A DNA stretch of 64,000 bases from a virus (IMGVR_UViG_3300020049_005532:22466-86465), one strand, 5' to 3'; counted from the stretch's first letter, positions 54,358 to 63,253 are shown. Numbers and translations are program-made. Notes: generated from the letters alone by a model not told the origin.

Positions 54358-54527
54358 AATTTTTTCCAATTTGACCAATGAGGTATAGGTTGATTCATAC
54401 AAAGTGACGGCTTAAAATTGTAAGCTTTTTCAAAATCTAAAACAGTATAGCCTTGTTGGTCCTGTTCTTCAAAAAGAACAAGGAAATACCAATCTTTAGA
54501 ATCTACTCCCCAAATAGTACCAATCAT
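54354..54527 (-). CDS. Small protein N (57 aa, MIGTIWGVDSKDWYFLVLFEEQDQQGYTVLDF...).
   Basis: Hand translation. Same MIGTIW N-terminus as M. Confidence 0.45.
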   Translation of the reverse strand: MIGTIWGVDSKDWYFLVLFEEQDQQGYTVLDFEKAYNFKPSLCMNQPIPHWSNWKKL

Positions 54528-54805
54528 TGATACCTGACCTCATCCAAGAATCTAACTCCATACATCGCAAGTTGCTCTTTCATAAGGGTTTTTGCTTCGA
54601 GTTCGCTTCCGCACAGCTGAAAAAATAGTTTAATCCCGTCAAGAGTATAAATCTCAACAAGATTGTCTTTGATAAAACCTCTTACTACTTCATGCGTACC
54701 AACAAAGTTTGGCGTACACAAGGTTCCGTCACTTAAAGTTCTATATCGGATTCGCTTATACTGTTTCACTTTTTGACCTTCTATACGAAAGATTCTCTCG
54801 TCCAT
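54524..54805 (-). CDS. Hypothetical protein (93 aa).
   Basis: ORF track. Confidence 0.35.
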   Translation of the reverse strand: MDERIFRIEGQKVKQYKRIRYRTLSDGTLCTPNFVGTHEVVRGFIKDNLVEIYTLDGIKLFFQLCGSELEAKTLMKEQLAMYGVRFLDEVRYQ

Positions 54806-54963
54806 CAGAAGTAAAAATCCAACCGTACTGCGTACAAAAAACTACCTCTCCAGTAAAATTTAACTTGTTGTCTTGTTCCGGATAACAAAAAATGACAGTT
54901 TGCTTTCTTAGTAAAAAAGAATACAAATTGTATTTTAACAGACGCTGCCGTAAAATAAACCAA

Positions 54964-55635
54964 TTAATAATTTTTTTCATTTGTTTTTTCCTTGACAAAT
55001 AAACTTTTAATCCATCCCCATAGCGTAGGCTTTGGATATAACCAAGAATATATGAACTTTTCCTTATTGTCAATAAGAGAAATTATCTCATCTTCGCTAA
55101 ACAATGTATGCTTTTGGTCCCATCCTACGTCTATCATATTGTTATTCTTTAAGTATTTGGCATGTAAATGTCCATGCAAAAGAAATAATCCCGTGTCCTT
55201 GGGTCGCATATTCATGTAACGTTTATCATATTGTGCAGCTGAAGCATAGGGAAGATGCGACATAAGAACTTCTCTTCCGTTCTTAAGCGTAATAGTCATC
55301 TCGTCTGTAATTAGTGACCAACCAGCTGTCAAGTACCGCTGTCTCATCTTGTCTTGCTTCTTATTGACTCGACCAAAGACATATGGATAAGTTGCGCAGT
55401 GATTGCCATGCACTAAGATCTTTGTTCCGTTAAGCTTTGGCGTATATTCTTCCGCAACTTTAGGGTTAAGACTAAAATCGCCAAGAACATATACTGTGTC
55501 TTCCGGCTTAACTACACGGTTCCACTCTGCCACAATTGCATTGTTCATTTCTGTTACGTCTTTGTATGGACGTTTGCAATAGTCAATAACACGAGAATGC
55601 GAGAAATGGAGATCAGAAATCCAAAACCTTTTCAT
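54964..55635 (-). CDS. Calcineurin-like metallophosphoesterase (lambda-phosphatase / Pnkp phosphoesterase-like).
   Basis: ISDLHFSH, VYVLGDFSLNP, LVHGNHC and LLHGHLH. Confidence 0.7.
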   Translation of the reverse strand: MKRFWISDLHFSHSRVIDYCKRPYKDVTEMNNAIVAEWNRVVKPEDTVYVLGDFSLNPKVAEEYTPKLNGTKILVHGNHCATYPYVFGRVNKKQDKMRQRYLTAGWSLITDEMTITLKNGREVLMSHLPYASAAQYDKRYMNMRPKDTGLFLLHGHLHAKYLKNNNMIDVGWDQKHTLFSEDEIISLIDNKEKFIYSWLYPKPTLWGWIKSLFVKEKTNEKNY

Positions 55636-55778
55636 AATTCCTCCAAGTCAGTTAATTGTACACAATATTGCTCACCATCAATCAAAGATTGAACTTTGTA
55701 ACATGCATATTTGTGAAGAAATTTAACAACAATTACTATGTCTTTTTCTTTCCAGCAATGAAAAACACTACCAATCAT
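55632..55778 (-). CDS. Small protein O (48 aa, MIGSVFHCWKEKDIVIVVKFLHKYACYKVQSLIDGEQYCVQLTDLEEL).
   Basis: Hand translation. ATGA-coupled to the phosphoesterase gene. Confidence 0.4.
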   Translation of the reverse strand: MIGSVFHCWKEKDIVIVVKFLHKYACYKVQSLIDGEQYCVQLTDLEEL

Positions 55779-56074
55779 CAATGCCATGTTGTTTTCTTTA
55801 GCTCCTCCGGATTAATCTTAGTAAACTCGTCGCCCTTTGGTTCTTCTTGTTTTGGCAACGGCAATTGTTTTGGTGCCGGAGTTTCTTTGGCAAGTAAAGC
55901 CACTGACAATGCGTCAAGAATAGCAGTCAATGTTAATACTGGATGAGCTTGGCCCCCAAGTGCCATCGCAAGCTTAACATCTTCGTCTTGCTCGATCAGC
56001 TCAAGACCTTTTTTCTTCATCTCGTCAAGAAGAACAGAATATTCGTGTAGTCTTTGTGCTTTACTTTGTTTCAT
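55778..56074 (-). CDS. Hypothetical protein (98 aa).
   Basis: ORF track. Confidence 0.35.
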   Translation of the reverse strand: MKQSKAQRLHEYSVLLDEMKKKGLELIEQDEDVKLAMALGGQAHPVLTLTAILDALSVALLAKETPAPKQLPLPKQEEPKGDEFTKINPEELKKTTWH

Positions 56075-56304
56075 AGTGTCTCCTTTAGTTCAAACTTCTT
56101 CATATAAAGCTCATGAATTGCCGCTTCTTCAAGTTCCAGGTTACTTTCTTCGTCCAATACCTGATCATACTCTTCTCCGTCAGGAGTGTAGAGCTTAATC
56201 TTAAGGTTCTTGGCACCATACGAAGTTACGCTTCGAGCCTTGGCTACGACTTCGATCTCGTGACTGTCACTAATTTTATGTCTGAATCTAGTTTTTAATT
56301 TCAT
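56071..56304 (-). CDS. Hypothetical protein (77 aa).
   Basis: ORF track. Confidence 0.35.
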   Translation of the reverse strand: MKLKTRFRHKISDSHEIEVVAKARSVTSYGAKNLKIKLYTPDGEEYDQVLDEESNLELEEAAIHELYMKKFELKETL

Positions 56305-56636
56305 GACGTTGCCTCCATAAACATTAGAACGGCAAGCTGCCGAGCCAATTGAGTTTGCTCATTGTACTTTCCATTGAACTCATAAAGCCCCAATCTGTCT
56401 ACTCCAACATATTTTGCGTATTCTACATCAATTGGAATATCTAGATCATCGTAATTCCAACTTGCAAATGCGACGGCAACACAAGAATATTTATAAAAAA
56501 GAATTTCTTCCCTGTGACCTTTAACATATTCAAGAGTTTCGGCTGCTTTTTTTAGTATTTGACGGCGCTGTTTTTTCGTTAACTTTTTCATATTCACTTC
56601 CCTGCCATTAAGATAAAATAAGATACCATGAGCCAA
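56301..56636 (-). CDS. Hypothetical protein (likely start MKKLTKKQRRQ...).
   Basis: ORF track. Confidence 0.35.
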   Translation of the reverse strand: MAHGILFYLNGREVNMKKLTKKQRRQILKKAAETLEYVKGHREEILFYKYSCVAVAFASWNYDDLDIPIDVEYAKYVGVDRLGLYEFNGKYNEQTQLARQLAVLMFMEATS

Positions 56637-56757
56637 AACCCGAAGCCACTAAATAAATACAATGCGCCACCGATCAATGCTTTAAAAAAGAAGATAGCCA
56701 TTAGTTCACTCTCCATGCTTCAAGGACTTCGTTAAACAATCGGTCGATACGTTCGTA
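56635..56757 (-). CDS. Tiny hydrophobic peptide (about 35-40 aa, M(ESEL)MAIFFFKALIGGALYLFSGFGFWLMVSYFILMAGK). Coordinates approximate.
   Basis: Hand translation. Single TM segment. Confidence 0.25.
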
Positions 56758-56863
56758 TGAACCAGAACCAAAAGACTTGATAACTCCGTCTACAGTACCA
56801 ACAAGGACAAATACTCCGTTGTCTTCTTTCATTTCAATTGTGAGACCTGGGCCTTCGTATGCT

Positions 56864-57202
56864 TTAATTAGTTTCACGAGAAAATACTCCTTTAATTAAT
56901 GTTTCAATATTCAAATTTTGATCATCAATCAATTTAATAACTTTCGCACCAAGTAGTGTATCTGGCGGTATTAAGATTCCGTCTATAACGTACAATTTTG
57001 GTTTTTTATCGGAGTCAGTAAATACCATTGCTGGCCCTTCTGTATTGTGCAAATATTTAAATGGAGAAAAATTTACAACGATCTCTTGCCAAGTTAAATC
57101 TTCTGGATTAGAACAAATTGCCAAAAACTCTTCTTTGACACTAATTTTAATATCAATGTCTTTTGGTTTAAAAGTTACAGTTTTCATAACGCTCCTTTTC
57201 AT
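56864..57202 (-). CDS. Hypothetical protein, paralog of 30732..31049.
   Basis: See partner. Confidence 0.4.
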   Translation of the reverse strand: MKRSVMKTVTFKPKDIDIKISVKEEFLAICSNPEDLTWQEIVVNFSPFKYLHNTEGPAMVFTDSDKKPKLYVIDGILIPPDTLLGAKVIKLIDDQNLNIETLIKGVFSRETN

Positions 57203-57518
57203 GTTTAAGATCTGAATGAATTTGCGCTTTAATCCAACTTGGTACCATATCTTGGCCGTACTTCATCATATTCATTACGTCTTGCAAAACAAACTCTGGC
57301 TCTTTATCGTCTACTACCAGCTGGCAAATGTTTCCTAAATACTCAGGTTCAATGTTATGTGAAACAACTTGCACAAGATCCCAGTCTTCGTCTATCTCCA
57401 CCAACAAATCAAACACTTCGTCGCGTTCAACTGGCGAGTGAATTGTCACCATGATATGGTTATCATGCTTCGTCAGGTACCTGCTCGGAATCTTCTCGTA
57501 AACTATTGGTTTCGACAT
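57168..57518 (-). CDS. Hypothetical acidic protein (116 aa).
   Basis: ORF track. Confidence 0.35.
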   Translation of the reverse strand: MSKPIVYEKIPSRYLTKHDNHIMVTIHSPVERDEVFDLLVEIDEDWDLVQVVSHNIEPEYLGNICQLVVDDKEPEFVLQDVMNMMKYGQDMVPSWIKAQIHSDLKHEKERYENCNF

Positions 57519-57669
57519 TTTCTATTGCTCCTAAGTAAATGAACTCGATCAATTCTTCAATGCTTCGTTCTCTAGTTATTTTACCGGATTGGGCTTCTTT
57601 GTCAATAGCCCAAATAATTTTTGTTGGAATTTCTATTGTGACAGTTTGTTTTACGTCTTCTGGTTTCAA
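57463..57669 (-). CDS. Hypothetical protein (68 aa).
   Basis: ORF track. Confidence 0.3.
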   Translation of the reverse strand: MKPEDVKQTVTIEIPTKIIWAIDKEAQSGKITRERSIEELIEFIYLGAIENVETNSLREDSEQVPDEA

Positions 57670-58055
57670 AAATACTCCTCGACATTAATCGTTTCATCGT
57701 CTTGACGATAGTTTGTAAACAGCTGTTCTCCTTTGGCAATTGGTCGCAGTGTATAAAACTCCATCGTCCTTGCTACTGGGTTCAATCGGTAGCCAACGTT
57801 TGGTGTCTCGCTGTGATTATAAAGCTCTCCTAGCCCCATTACAAGACAATCTTGTCCTTTATCCTTATCAAAGACAAAAGTATAAAACTTAAGAGAAGTT
57901 TGATTGACAAGCTTTGTGTCTTCGGCTGACAAAGGAAGAACGGGATTAACTTCTAAGCATTGACCTTCGTCTATATAGTCGCTAGCCACCACACTACGTC
58001 CAAAAGTCGGCAAATTCTCTACTGTCAAAGTGTTTAGTCTGTAACCTTGGTTCAT
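57666..58055 (-). CDS. Hypothetical protein (129 aa).
   Basis: ORF track. Confidence 0.35.
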   Translation of the reverse strand: MNQGYRLNTLTVENLPTFGRSVVASDYIDEGQCLEVNPVLPLSAEDTKLVNQTSLKFYTFVFDKDKGQDCLVMGLGELYNHSETPNVGYRLNPVARTMEFYTLRPIAKGEQLFTNYRQDDETINVEEYF

Positions 58056-58252
58056 TTTTTATACCCTCCGTTTTCCATTGCGTACTCAATAATCTTATCT
58101 TGATAAATCTCATCTAGCAAGATCAATTCGCCTTCTGTTAGTTCACTTTCATCGTCAAGCCAAATTCCTGATTCAAAATAGCTATCACAAGTATGCTTAC
58201 GATTTAAATATAACTCAACTTCGCATTCTCGTCCATTGTATTTTAATATCAC
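58052..58252 (-). CDS. Hypothetical protein (66 aa).
   Basis: ORF track. Confidence 0.3.
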   Translation of the reverse strand: MILKYNGRECEVELYLNRKHTCDSYFESGIWLDDESELTEGELILLDEIYQDKIIEYAMENGGYKK

Positions 58253-58446
58253 TTTACCTCTGTCGCTTCACTCGGAAGCATTGCTGTCACTTCTTCAAAC
58301 GTATCTTTAAACCCTAGCCATCCACTTTCTGACTTTGTGTTTCTATAACATAGCATATATTCGCCGTTGTCAAGAACGAAAACTTCGTACCAAACTACAT
58401 CTTGCCAAGATCTCTCGTAACGATATGTTTTTACTAGCTTATTCAT
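58249..58446 (-). CDS. Hypothetical protein (65 aa).
   Basis: ORF track. Confidence 0.3.
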   Translation of the reverse strand: MNKLVKTYRYERSWQDVVWYEVFVLDNGEYMLCYRNTKSESGWLGFKDTFEEVTAMLPSEATEVK

Positions 58447-58732
58447 TGATCACCTCTAAAAATTCAATAATGCGCTCGTTTGGGTTAGTAAGTTCTCTTT
58501 TTGCTTCTTCAAAAGTTGAAGAGATAGAAAATCGACTAAGCTTACCTTCTGACTCAATCATGTAAACCTTTCGTGGCTCCTTCTTCTCTCGCCACTCGCC
58601 GAAGACTAGTTCGTCGGCAAACCCAGTGCCACAAGTGTCTTTGGAGAAGTTTTCTTTTTTCCACTCATGTCCGAATGGACTAATCACAGTCTTCCCTTGC
58701 ATCGCTAACTCTCGTGCTTCGATTATGTTCAT
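58439..58732 (-). CDS. Hypothetical protein (97 aa).
   Basis: ORF track. Confidence 0.35.
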   Translation of the reverse strand: MNIIEARELAMQGKTVISPFGHEWKKENFSKDTCGTGFADELVFGEWREKKEPRKVYMIESEGKLSRFSISSTFEEAKRELTNPNERIIEFLEVINE

Positions 58733-59184
58733 TTGCTTGCCTTTCTGTAAACTCCCGCAATTTTTCTTCCATATTTAATCTTATGCTTTAAGGTTTTTGA
58801 ATGATATCGGACCAAATAATCCGAATGTTTTTTCTTTATTTCGCTAAGCAACTTTGCTGCACATAATGCCGACCCTTCTGGACTTTCTAAGTTATACTCA
58901 ACACATTTCGAATGATTTACTTCGTTGATCTGAAATAGTCCTACATCCATTGTACCATCTTTGTTTGGCTCTTGTCTAGTGTATTTACCTAGTCCAGTTT
59001 CAACAATTGCAATGGCTGTCAATTCTCTTGCGCTTATTCCATAAGTTTTCGCGGCGTGAACAATTGCCTTAACAACTTGCTGACTAGGTTTAAACCCATT
59101 GGCTTTTGCCATATGTAAAACTTTGTCTTCTTTTGCTTGACTAACGCTTGAGATAAGCAAAAGTCCTAGTGTTAAGTTTTTCAT
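58729..59184 (-). CDS. Secreted lytic transglycosylase (SLT domain), a candidate endolysin.
   Basis: Signal peptide MKNLTLGLLLISSVSQA. SLT core AIAIVETGLGKY...DVGLFQINE. Confidence 0.7.
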   Translation of the reverse strand: MKNLTLGLLLISSVSQAKEDKVLHMAKANGFKPSQQVVKAIVHAAKTYGISARELTAIAIVETGLGKYTRQEPNKDGTMDVGLFQINEVNHSKCVEYNLESPEGSALCAAKLLSEIKKKHSDYLVRYHSKTLKHKIKYGRKIAGVYRKASK

Positions 59185-59627
59185 TTCATCTTCCCTTTCA
59201 AGTCTTGGATATATTCTTCTCTAAAGTATTCGTAAACCCACCAGTCGATTGCTCTTGTTGCCATTAAACTCTTGTGCCTATAGTTCTCGTCTCTAGTGTC
59301 GTCATGTTCAAAAATTCCCAGCTCGCAATGCCCTAGTTCGTGAAAAATCACTTGCTCCCTCTGCCAATAGTTTGCACTGTCCCAAAACGCTTTGTCAATA
59401 GTTATCACGTTTAAAAAATCATTTGGCTTTGTTACCCAGTCACATTGTCCGATTCTTTTGTCCTTCAAAGTACCAAATACAATGTTAGACCTTGCAACAA
59501 TTCCAAAAGTATCTTCGAAGTTTGAAACATACTCTTGAAACTCTGAATCGATAACCTGCGGAGAAGCCTGTCTAGCTTCCCCACAAGCCGATAGCGCGAT
59601 CAAAAGGACAAGACCTAGGTATTTCAC
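59181..59627 (-). CDS. Lipoprotein zinc metallopeptidase-like (HExxH).
   Basis: Lipobox LIALSAC. FHELGHCELGIFEHDD then a Met-turn-like KSLM. Confidence 0.45.
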   Translation of the reverse strand: MKYLGLVLLIALSACGEARQASPQVIDSEFQEYVSNFEDTFGIVARSNIVFGTLKDKRIGQCDWVTKPNDFLNVITIDKAFWDSANYWQREQVIFHELGHCELGIFEHDDTRDENYRHKSLMATRAIDWWVYEYFREEYIQDLKGKMK

Positions 59628-59896
59628 TGGGTAACACTTTCAACTAAAGGACAGTCGCTGGGCGCTTGAATTTCGTTTGCAAGGTTATCATAAAACTCAG
59701 CAACTTCCTTTAAATAGCGCCGCTTAATTTTTGCCAATCTTTCCTTTTCCTCAGTGTTCAAACGAAGCTCAGTAAAATATTCATCGCGAATTGTTGTGCG
59801 CATTGTGTCGGTTTCCTCTAGACCGTCTTCGGCCAAGTCTCGGTTTTCTAGGCACAATACAAGTTTTTTTGCGCTGTAAGTTGTAAGTTTTTTCAT
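59624..59896 (-). CDS. Hypothetical protein (90 aa).
   Basis: ORF track. Confidence 0.35.
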   Translation of the reverse strand: MKKLTTYSAKKLVLCLENRDLAEDGLEETDTMRTTIRDEYFTELRLNTEEKERLAKIKRRYLKEVAEFYDNLANEIQAPSDCPLVESVTQ

Positions 59897-59900
59897 TTTA

Positions 59901-60152
59901 TCAAATCCTTTCCCATGTTAGATCTGGAAATTTCGATAGAGACAAGTTAAAAGGTTTTTCTTTTACCTTAACGCTTCCAATATCAAACTTTCCTTGCGGA
60001 GCAGTTCCACCTTCGATAGTAAATTCGTTTGAGTCATAATCTAAAATCTTATCTCCAACTTTAACTTGCATTTGAGTATCTTCATTGCACAAATAAAATC
60101 GCTCGTCTTTAAAGTCGTCAATTACCGAAGCCCTATAAGTTTGATTCTTCAT
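59901..60152 (-). CDS. Hypothetical protein (83 aa).
   Basis: ORF track. Confidence 0.35.
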   Translation of the reverse strand: MKNQTYRASVIDDFKDERFYLCNEDTQMQVKVGDKILDYDSNEFTIEGGTAPQGKFDIGSVKVKEKPFNLSLSKFPDLTWERI

Positions 60153-60316
60153 TTAGTTTGTCTCCTTATCCAACCATCTTATACTTGATCGACCAAAAAT
60201 CAAAGCCTTATCATATCGACTGAAACAATATTCAGGCCTAACGCTTGAAATCCACAAAAACTCTAGGCGACCAATTGTTAGACATTTAATTCCGATTCCG
60301 TTTTTAATTTTAATCA

Positions 60317-61330
60317 TTAGTCAATATCTCCTGAAATTTGCCAAGAAGTTGAGGCCGTGTTAGGTACCGCAATGTGCCAAGTTTTTAGTTCTAGGTCTTT
60401 GTGCTCCCGTCCAGTGTGAGAAATTCTTCCCGAAACATAGTTCAACCCTTCCAATTCTTGAAAACTCTGCGCAATATTTGGCCGATTGTTTCCGACTCGC
60501 AAACTTCCTTGAATTTGCGCGAAAGTGTTTCCTTTTGTTCGAGTCACAAAAGCTGTTTCGACTTTCGACTCTTGTTTGTTGTTTACAGGAATAAAAAACC
60601 ACTCGCCCTGTCGCTTGACGGTCAAGCCCTGAGCCTCTGCTTCTAGGACAGCCGTAGGCTTTAGTTCGTGGTATGCTTGGGCAATCGTCTTTGCTTGACT
60701 GTCGGATTTTAGTTGAACAACAAACGGATTAAATATTCCGTTAGCAATTTCGACTCGATCAATGTCAAGCAGAAAACTTGCTCGAACTTTTGTCTCAAGG
60801 TTTTCACAAGTGAAAAGACTTGCGCCCATGAAGTGACGCGACGTTTGATAAGTCGTGTCATAGTAGGTTTTTTTGTCCCATGAAACATAGGGCTTGGCCT
60901 CAATATTTCGAAAACGATTTTTGTCTTGTTTCATTGACTCAAGTTTAGATTCAGACAATGAGCTGTGTTTTTCATTAAGCCAAACAGTTTCCTCTGGACC
61001 TTTGTCAAGCTCAACCAAAGTACCAAGACTTAGTCCGGCCTCTTTAATTGTGTTAAACGGCACCATAGTCACGCGACCAGACAAGGCTTCTTGTTCAGGA
61101 GTGACCGCGCTGCCGCGCTCTGCAAGGTCCAGTCTCGAGCTGTTACCAAAAAACTTGCCTTTGATCTTTGCGACTAGTACAGTTTCAGCTGTACTACCGG
61201 CGCGACCGTCTAAATACCTTCGAACTACAAGCGCGTTCTTTGTTGCAACGTAAACCGAAGACGCATCACGCTTTGTGCTGCCGACTTGGCCGGACAAAAA
61301 TAGATCTAGAGCTTTGTTAAAATTTTTCAT
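60317..61330 (-). CDS. Hypothetical protein (337 aa).
   Basis: ORF track. Confidence 0.45.
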   Translation of the reverse strand: MKNFNKALDLFLSGQVGSTKRDASSVYVATKNALVVRRYLDGRAGSTAETVLVAKIKGKFFGNSSRLDLAERGSAVTPEQEALSGRVTMVPFNTIKEAGLSLGTLVELDKGPEETVWLNEKHSSLSESKLESMKQDKNRFRNIEAKPYVSWDKKTYYDTTYQTSRHFMGASLFTCENLETKVRASFLLDIDRVEIANGIFNPFVVQLKSDSQAKTIAQAYHELKPTAVLEAEAQGLTVKRQGEWFFIPVNNKQESKVETAFVTRTKGNTFAQIQGSLRVGNNRPNIAQSFQELEGLNYVSGRISHTGREHKDLELKTWHIAVPNTASTSWQISGDID

Positions 61331-61463
61331 TTGTTAATCCTTTGTTAATATTGAACTGAGAAAACCGGCACAATCCAAAAAATGTAAATTGTTGCCTTAA
61401 TTCCGTTTTTATTATAGCTGTGAATGTTTTCAATTAAACCAAGTAAAATACTCCACTCCCGTT

Positions 61464-62045
61464 TCATAATACAATCTCATTTGTTTCAATTTGTGCAAGT
61501 TTCATCATCATTTGCTTATGTCGCTTGTCGCCTTGCTTTTCCATCATTTCGTTGAAAGTTGTTTCGAAGACTTGTTCCTCAATTTCGATCATTTCTTCGT
61601 CTGAAAGTTTTGTTTCAGGCTTAATCTTGTTCATAGCGGTCAAAGCTTCAAGTTTTTCTTTGACTTCACTTTCTCGATAGCCAGCAACTCTTGTGCCTTT
61701 TGGGCAAATCTCGATCAAAACTCGAAGATTTACAATGGACCGATAAACGGAACGCGCCTTGTCTTTGTTAAAATAACTAGGCGCAATTGGACCTAGATCT
61801 AGAAAAATCACTTGGCCGGTCCCTAGACTTTGTCGAAGTACAGACTGGACTGCCGACTGGTGACAAGACGTCGTAGGACTCCAAGTATAAGTGTTAAAAA
61901 CTAGAGTCCCATTGACAGGCTCAAGAAAAGTCCAGCCGTAAGACCGCGCTCGTCGCGCCAATGGATTGTATTCGACCGTTCCTGTCGAATTCTTATAGAC
62001 TTGCAAACGCTTGTAAAATTTAAGGCTAGATGATCCGGTAAACAT
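61464..62045 (-). CDS. Hypothetical protein (193 aa).
   Basis: ORF track. Preceded by the 34-bp promoter-like repeat. Confidence 0.45.
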   Translation of the reverse strand: MFTGSSSLKFYKRLQVYKNSTGTVEYNPLARRARSYGWTFLEPVNGTLVFNTYTWSPTTSCHQSAVQSVLRQSLGTGQVIFLDLGPIAPSYFNKDKARSVYRSIVNLRVLIEICPKGTRVAGYRESEVKEKLEALTAMNKIKPETKLSDEEMIEIEEQVFETTFNEMMEKQGDKRHKQMMMKLAQIETNEIVL

Positions 62046-62066
62046 TTTAAAATCCTTTGTTAGAAG

Positions 62067-62100
62067 TTATATAACTTTATTGCATTGCTTGTGCCAAGTC
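62067..62100 (-). promoter_or_regulatory. Copy 1 of the 34-bp direct repeat. On the - strand it reads GACTTGGCACAAGCAATGCAATAAAGTTATATAA, about 20 nt upstream of an ATG.
   Basis: Exact copy at 62711-62744. Contains TTGGCA-N18-TATATA and a sigma54-like TGGCAC-N5-ATGCA. Confidence 0.5.
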
Positions 62101-62134
62101 CTAAGCAATCCGCTAGGGCTTTAGTGTTTAAACA

Positions 62135-62527
62135 TTAGTCGCCTGTCAAATAATCTTTTGACGCATCAAAATGAGACAGTCTGCGAATTCGAGAAGACCC
62201 ATTGATATATTTCGAAGTATAGACAGGCTTTTGGCCGTTTGTGAGACGCTCGAAGGCCTTAAAAAACGTCGTGAAGTCTTGATCACACTCCAAATAAGTA
62301 GTTTTTCCGGTCGCTGAAACATAGGAAAACCGAGTGATTTGATTATAAATTTTTAACGTCTTAAGATCTTGTGTCGGAACTGCTAGCCAAGAGTGTTGAG
62401 AATCCGAATACATTTTGTATTTTTTCATTTTAATACCTTTTCTAACAATATAAAGTCTAGCCAATTCAGCATCAAATAAGTTTGAATATATCTCGCGCGA
62501 CTCGACACAAATTTTCAAATAGTTCAC
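62135..62527 (-). CDS. Hypothetical protein (likely start MKKYKMYSDSQH..., about 97 aa; the track uses an upstream GTG).
   Basis: ORF track. A degenerate copy of the promoter/RBS element lies upstream. Confidence 0.4.
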   Translation of the reverse strand: MNYLKICVESREIYSNLFDAELARLYIVRKGIKMKKYKMYSDSQHSWLAVPTQDLKTLKIYNQITRFSYVSATGKTTYLECDQDFTTFFKAFERLTNGQKPVYTSKYINGSSRIRRLSHFDASKDYLTGD

Positions 62528-62686
62528 TTTGAAGCCTCCTCGACAAGTTCTTTCAAAAGTCTAACCTTTTCTGCCAATTTTTCGGCGTCCTTGTTTTCTG
62601 AGATTAAAATTTGACCGCCAAGACTAATCAATGCTATTTTTAATAGTTCAAGTTCTTCTTTGGTAAACTCGACATAGTGTTTCATT
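62528..62686 (-). CDS. Small protein (52 aa, MKHYVEFTKEELELLKIALISLGGQILISENKDAEKLAEKVRLLKELVEEASK). Coordinates approximate at the 3' end.
   Basis: Hand translation. Preceded by copy 2 of the 34-bp element. Confidence 0.35.
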
Positions 62687-62710
62687 TTAATACCTTTTGT
62701 TGCTTTGTTC

Positions 62711-62744
62711 TTATATAACTTTATTGCATTGCTTGTGCCAAGTC
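62711..62744 (-). promoter_or_regulatory. Copy 2 of the 34-bp direct repeat.
   Basis: Identical to 62067-62100. The shared context extends to AAAAGGTATTAAAATG. Confidence 0.5.
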
Positions 62745-62917
62745 TAGCCCCGTTTTATCGAGGCTATGTGTCTATCCTTTTGACAAGTGTCAAACATTAA
62801 TTTGACGTATCAAAACGAGACTTCTTTGGTTTATGTGTTTCAGCTTTGAACGCGCTTCAATTTCGTTTTTTGCTACAATCTCAACTTTTCCCAGACCAAT
62901 TACAAAAGTAAATTTTT

Positions 62918-63253
62918 TCATTTGTTTGCTTCCTTCTCGATTGTTTGTTTCATTAACAATATCATGATCGATTCGGCGTCTTCTTGGTATTGCCCGACAA
63001 AGCCCCAACAAGAGTCCACGGTCTCCCAGCCAACTCCGACTTCAGGATTCCACTTCTCAAGAACATAGCCGAAAACTCCCTCGTCATAGACCTTTTGTCT
63101 GAATTTCTTTTGATCAATTTCCAGCTGCTTTGCGTCTTGATCTGGGTTTACCTTTAGACAAAAGCAGTCCCCTTCTAGATTCTCCAAAGTCGCGAACTCG
63201 TCTGGTATTTCAATGATGCGAAAAGGACCTTTGGTGTAAATTGTTCGTTTCAT
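62918..63253 (-). CDS. Hypothetical protein (111 aa).
   Basis: ORF track. Confidence 0.4.
   Translation of the reverse strand: MKRTIYTKGPFRIIEIPDEFATLENLEGDCFCLKVNPDQDAKQLEIDQKKFRQKVYDEGVFGYVLEKWNPEVGVGWETVDSCWGFVGQYQEDAESIMILLMKQTIEKEANK

Noticed and set aside
54756-55073. 105-aa ORF overlapping both the 93-aa gene (54524-54805) and the phosphoesterase gene end (54964).
   Set aside because: The overlaps on both sides are too large for its full length. At most a short internal-Met version (MKKIINW...) could be real, so it is not listed as a feature.
62067-62100. Interpreting the 34-bp repeat strictly as a sigma54 promoter.
   Set aside because: The TGGCAC-N5-ATGCA match is good, but no enhancer-binding-protein gene or upstream activator sites are visible. 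The same sequence also reads as TTGGCA-N18-TATATA. It is kept as a finding with both interpretations rather than called a sigma54 site.
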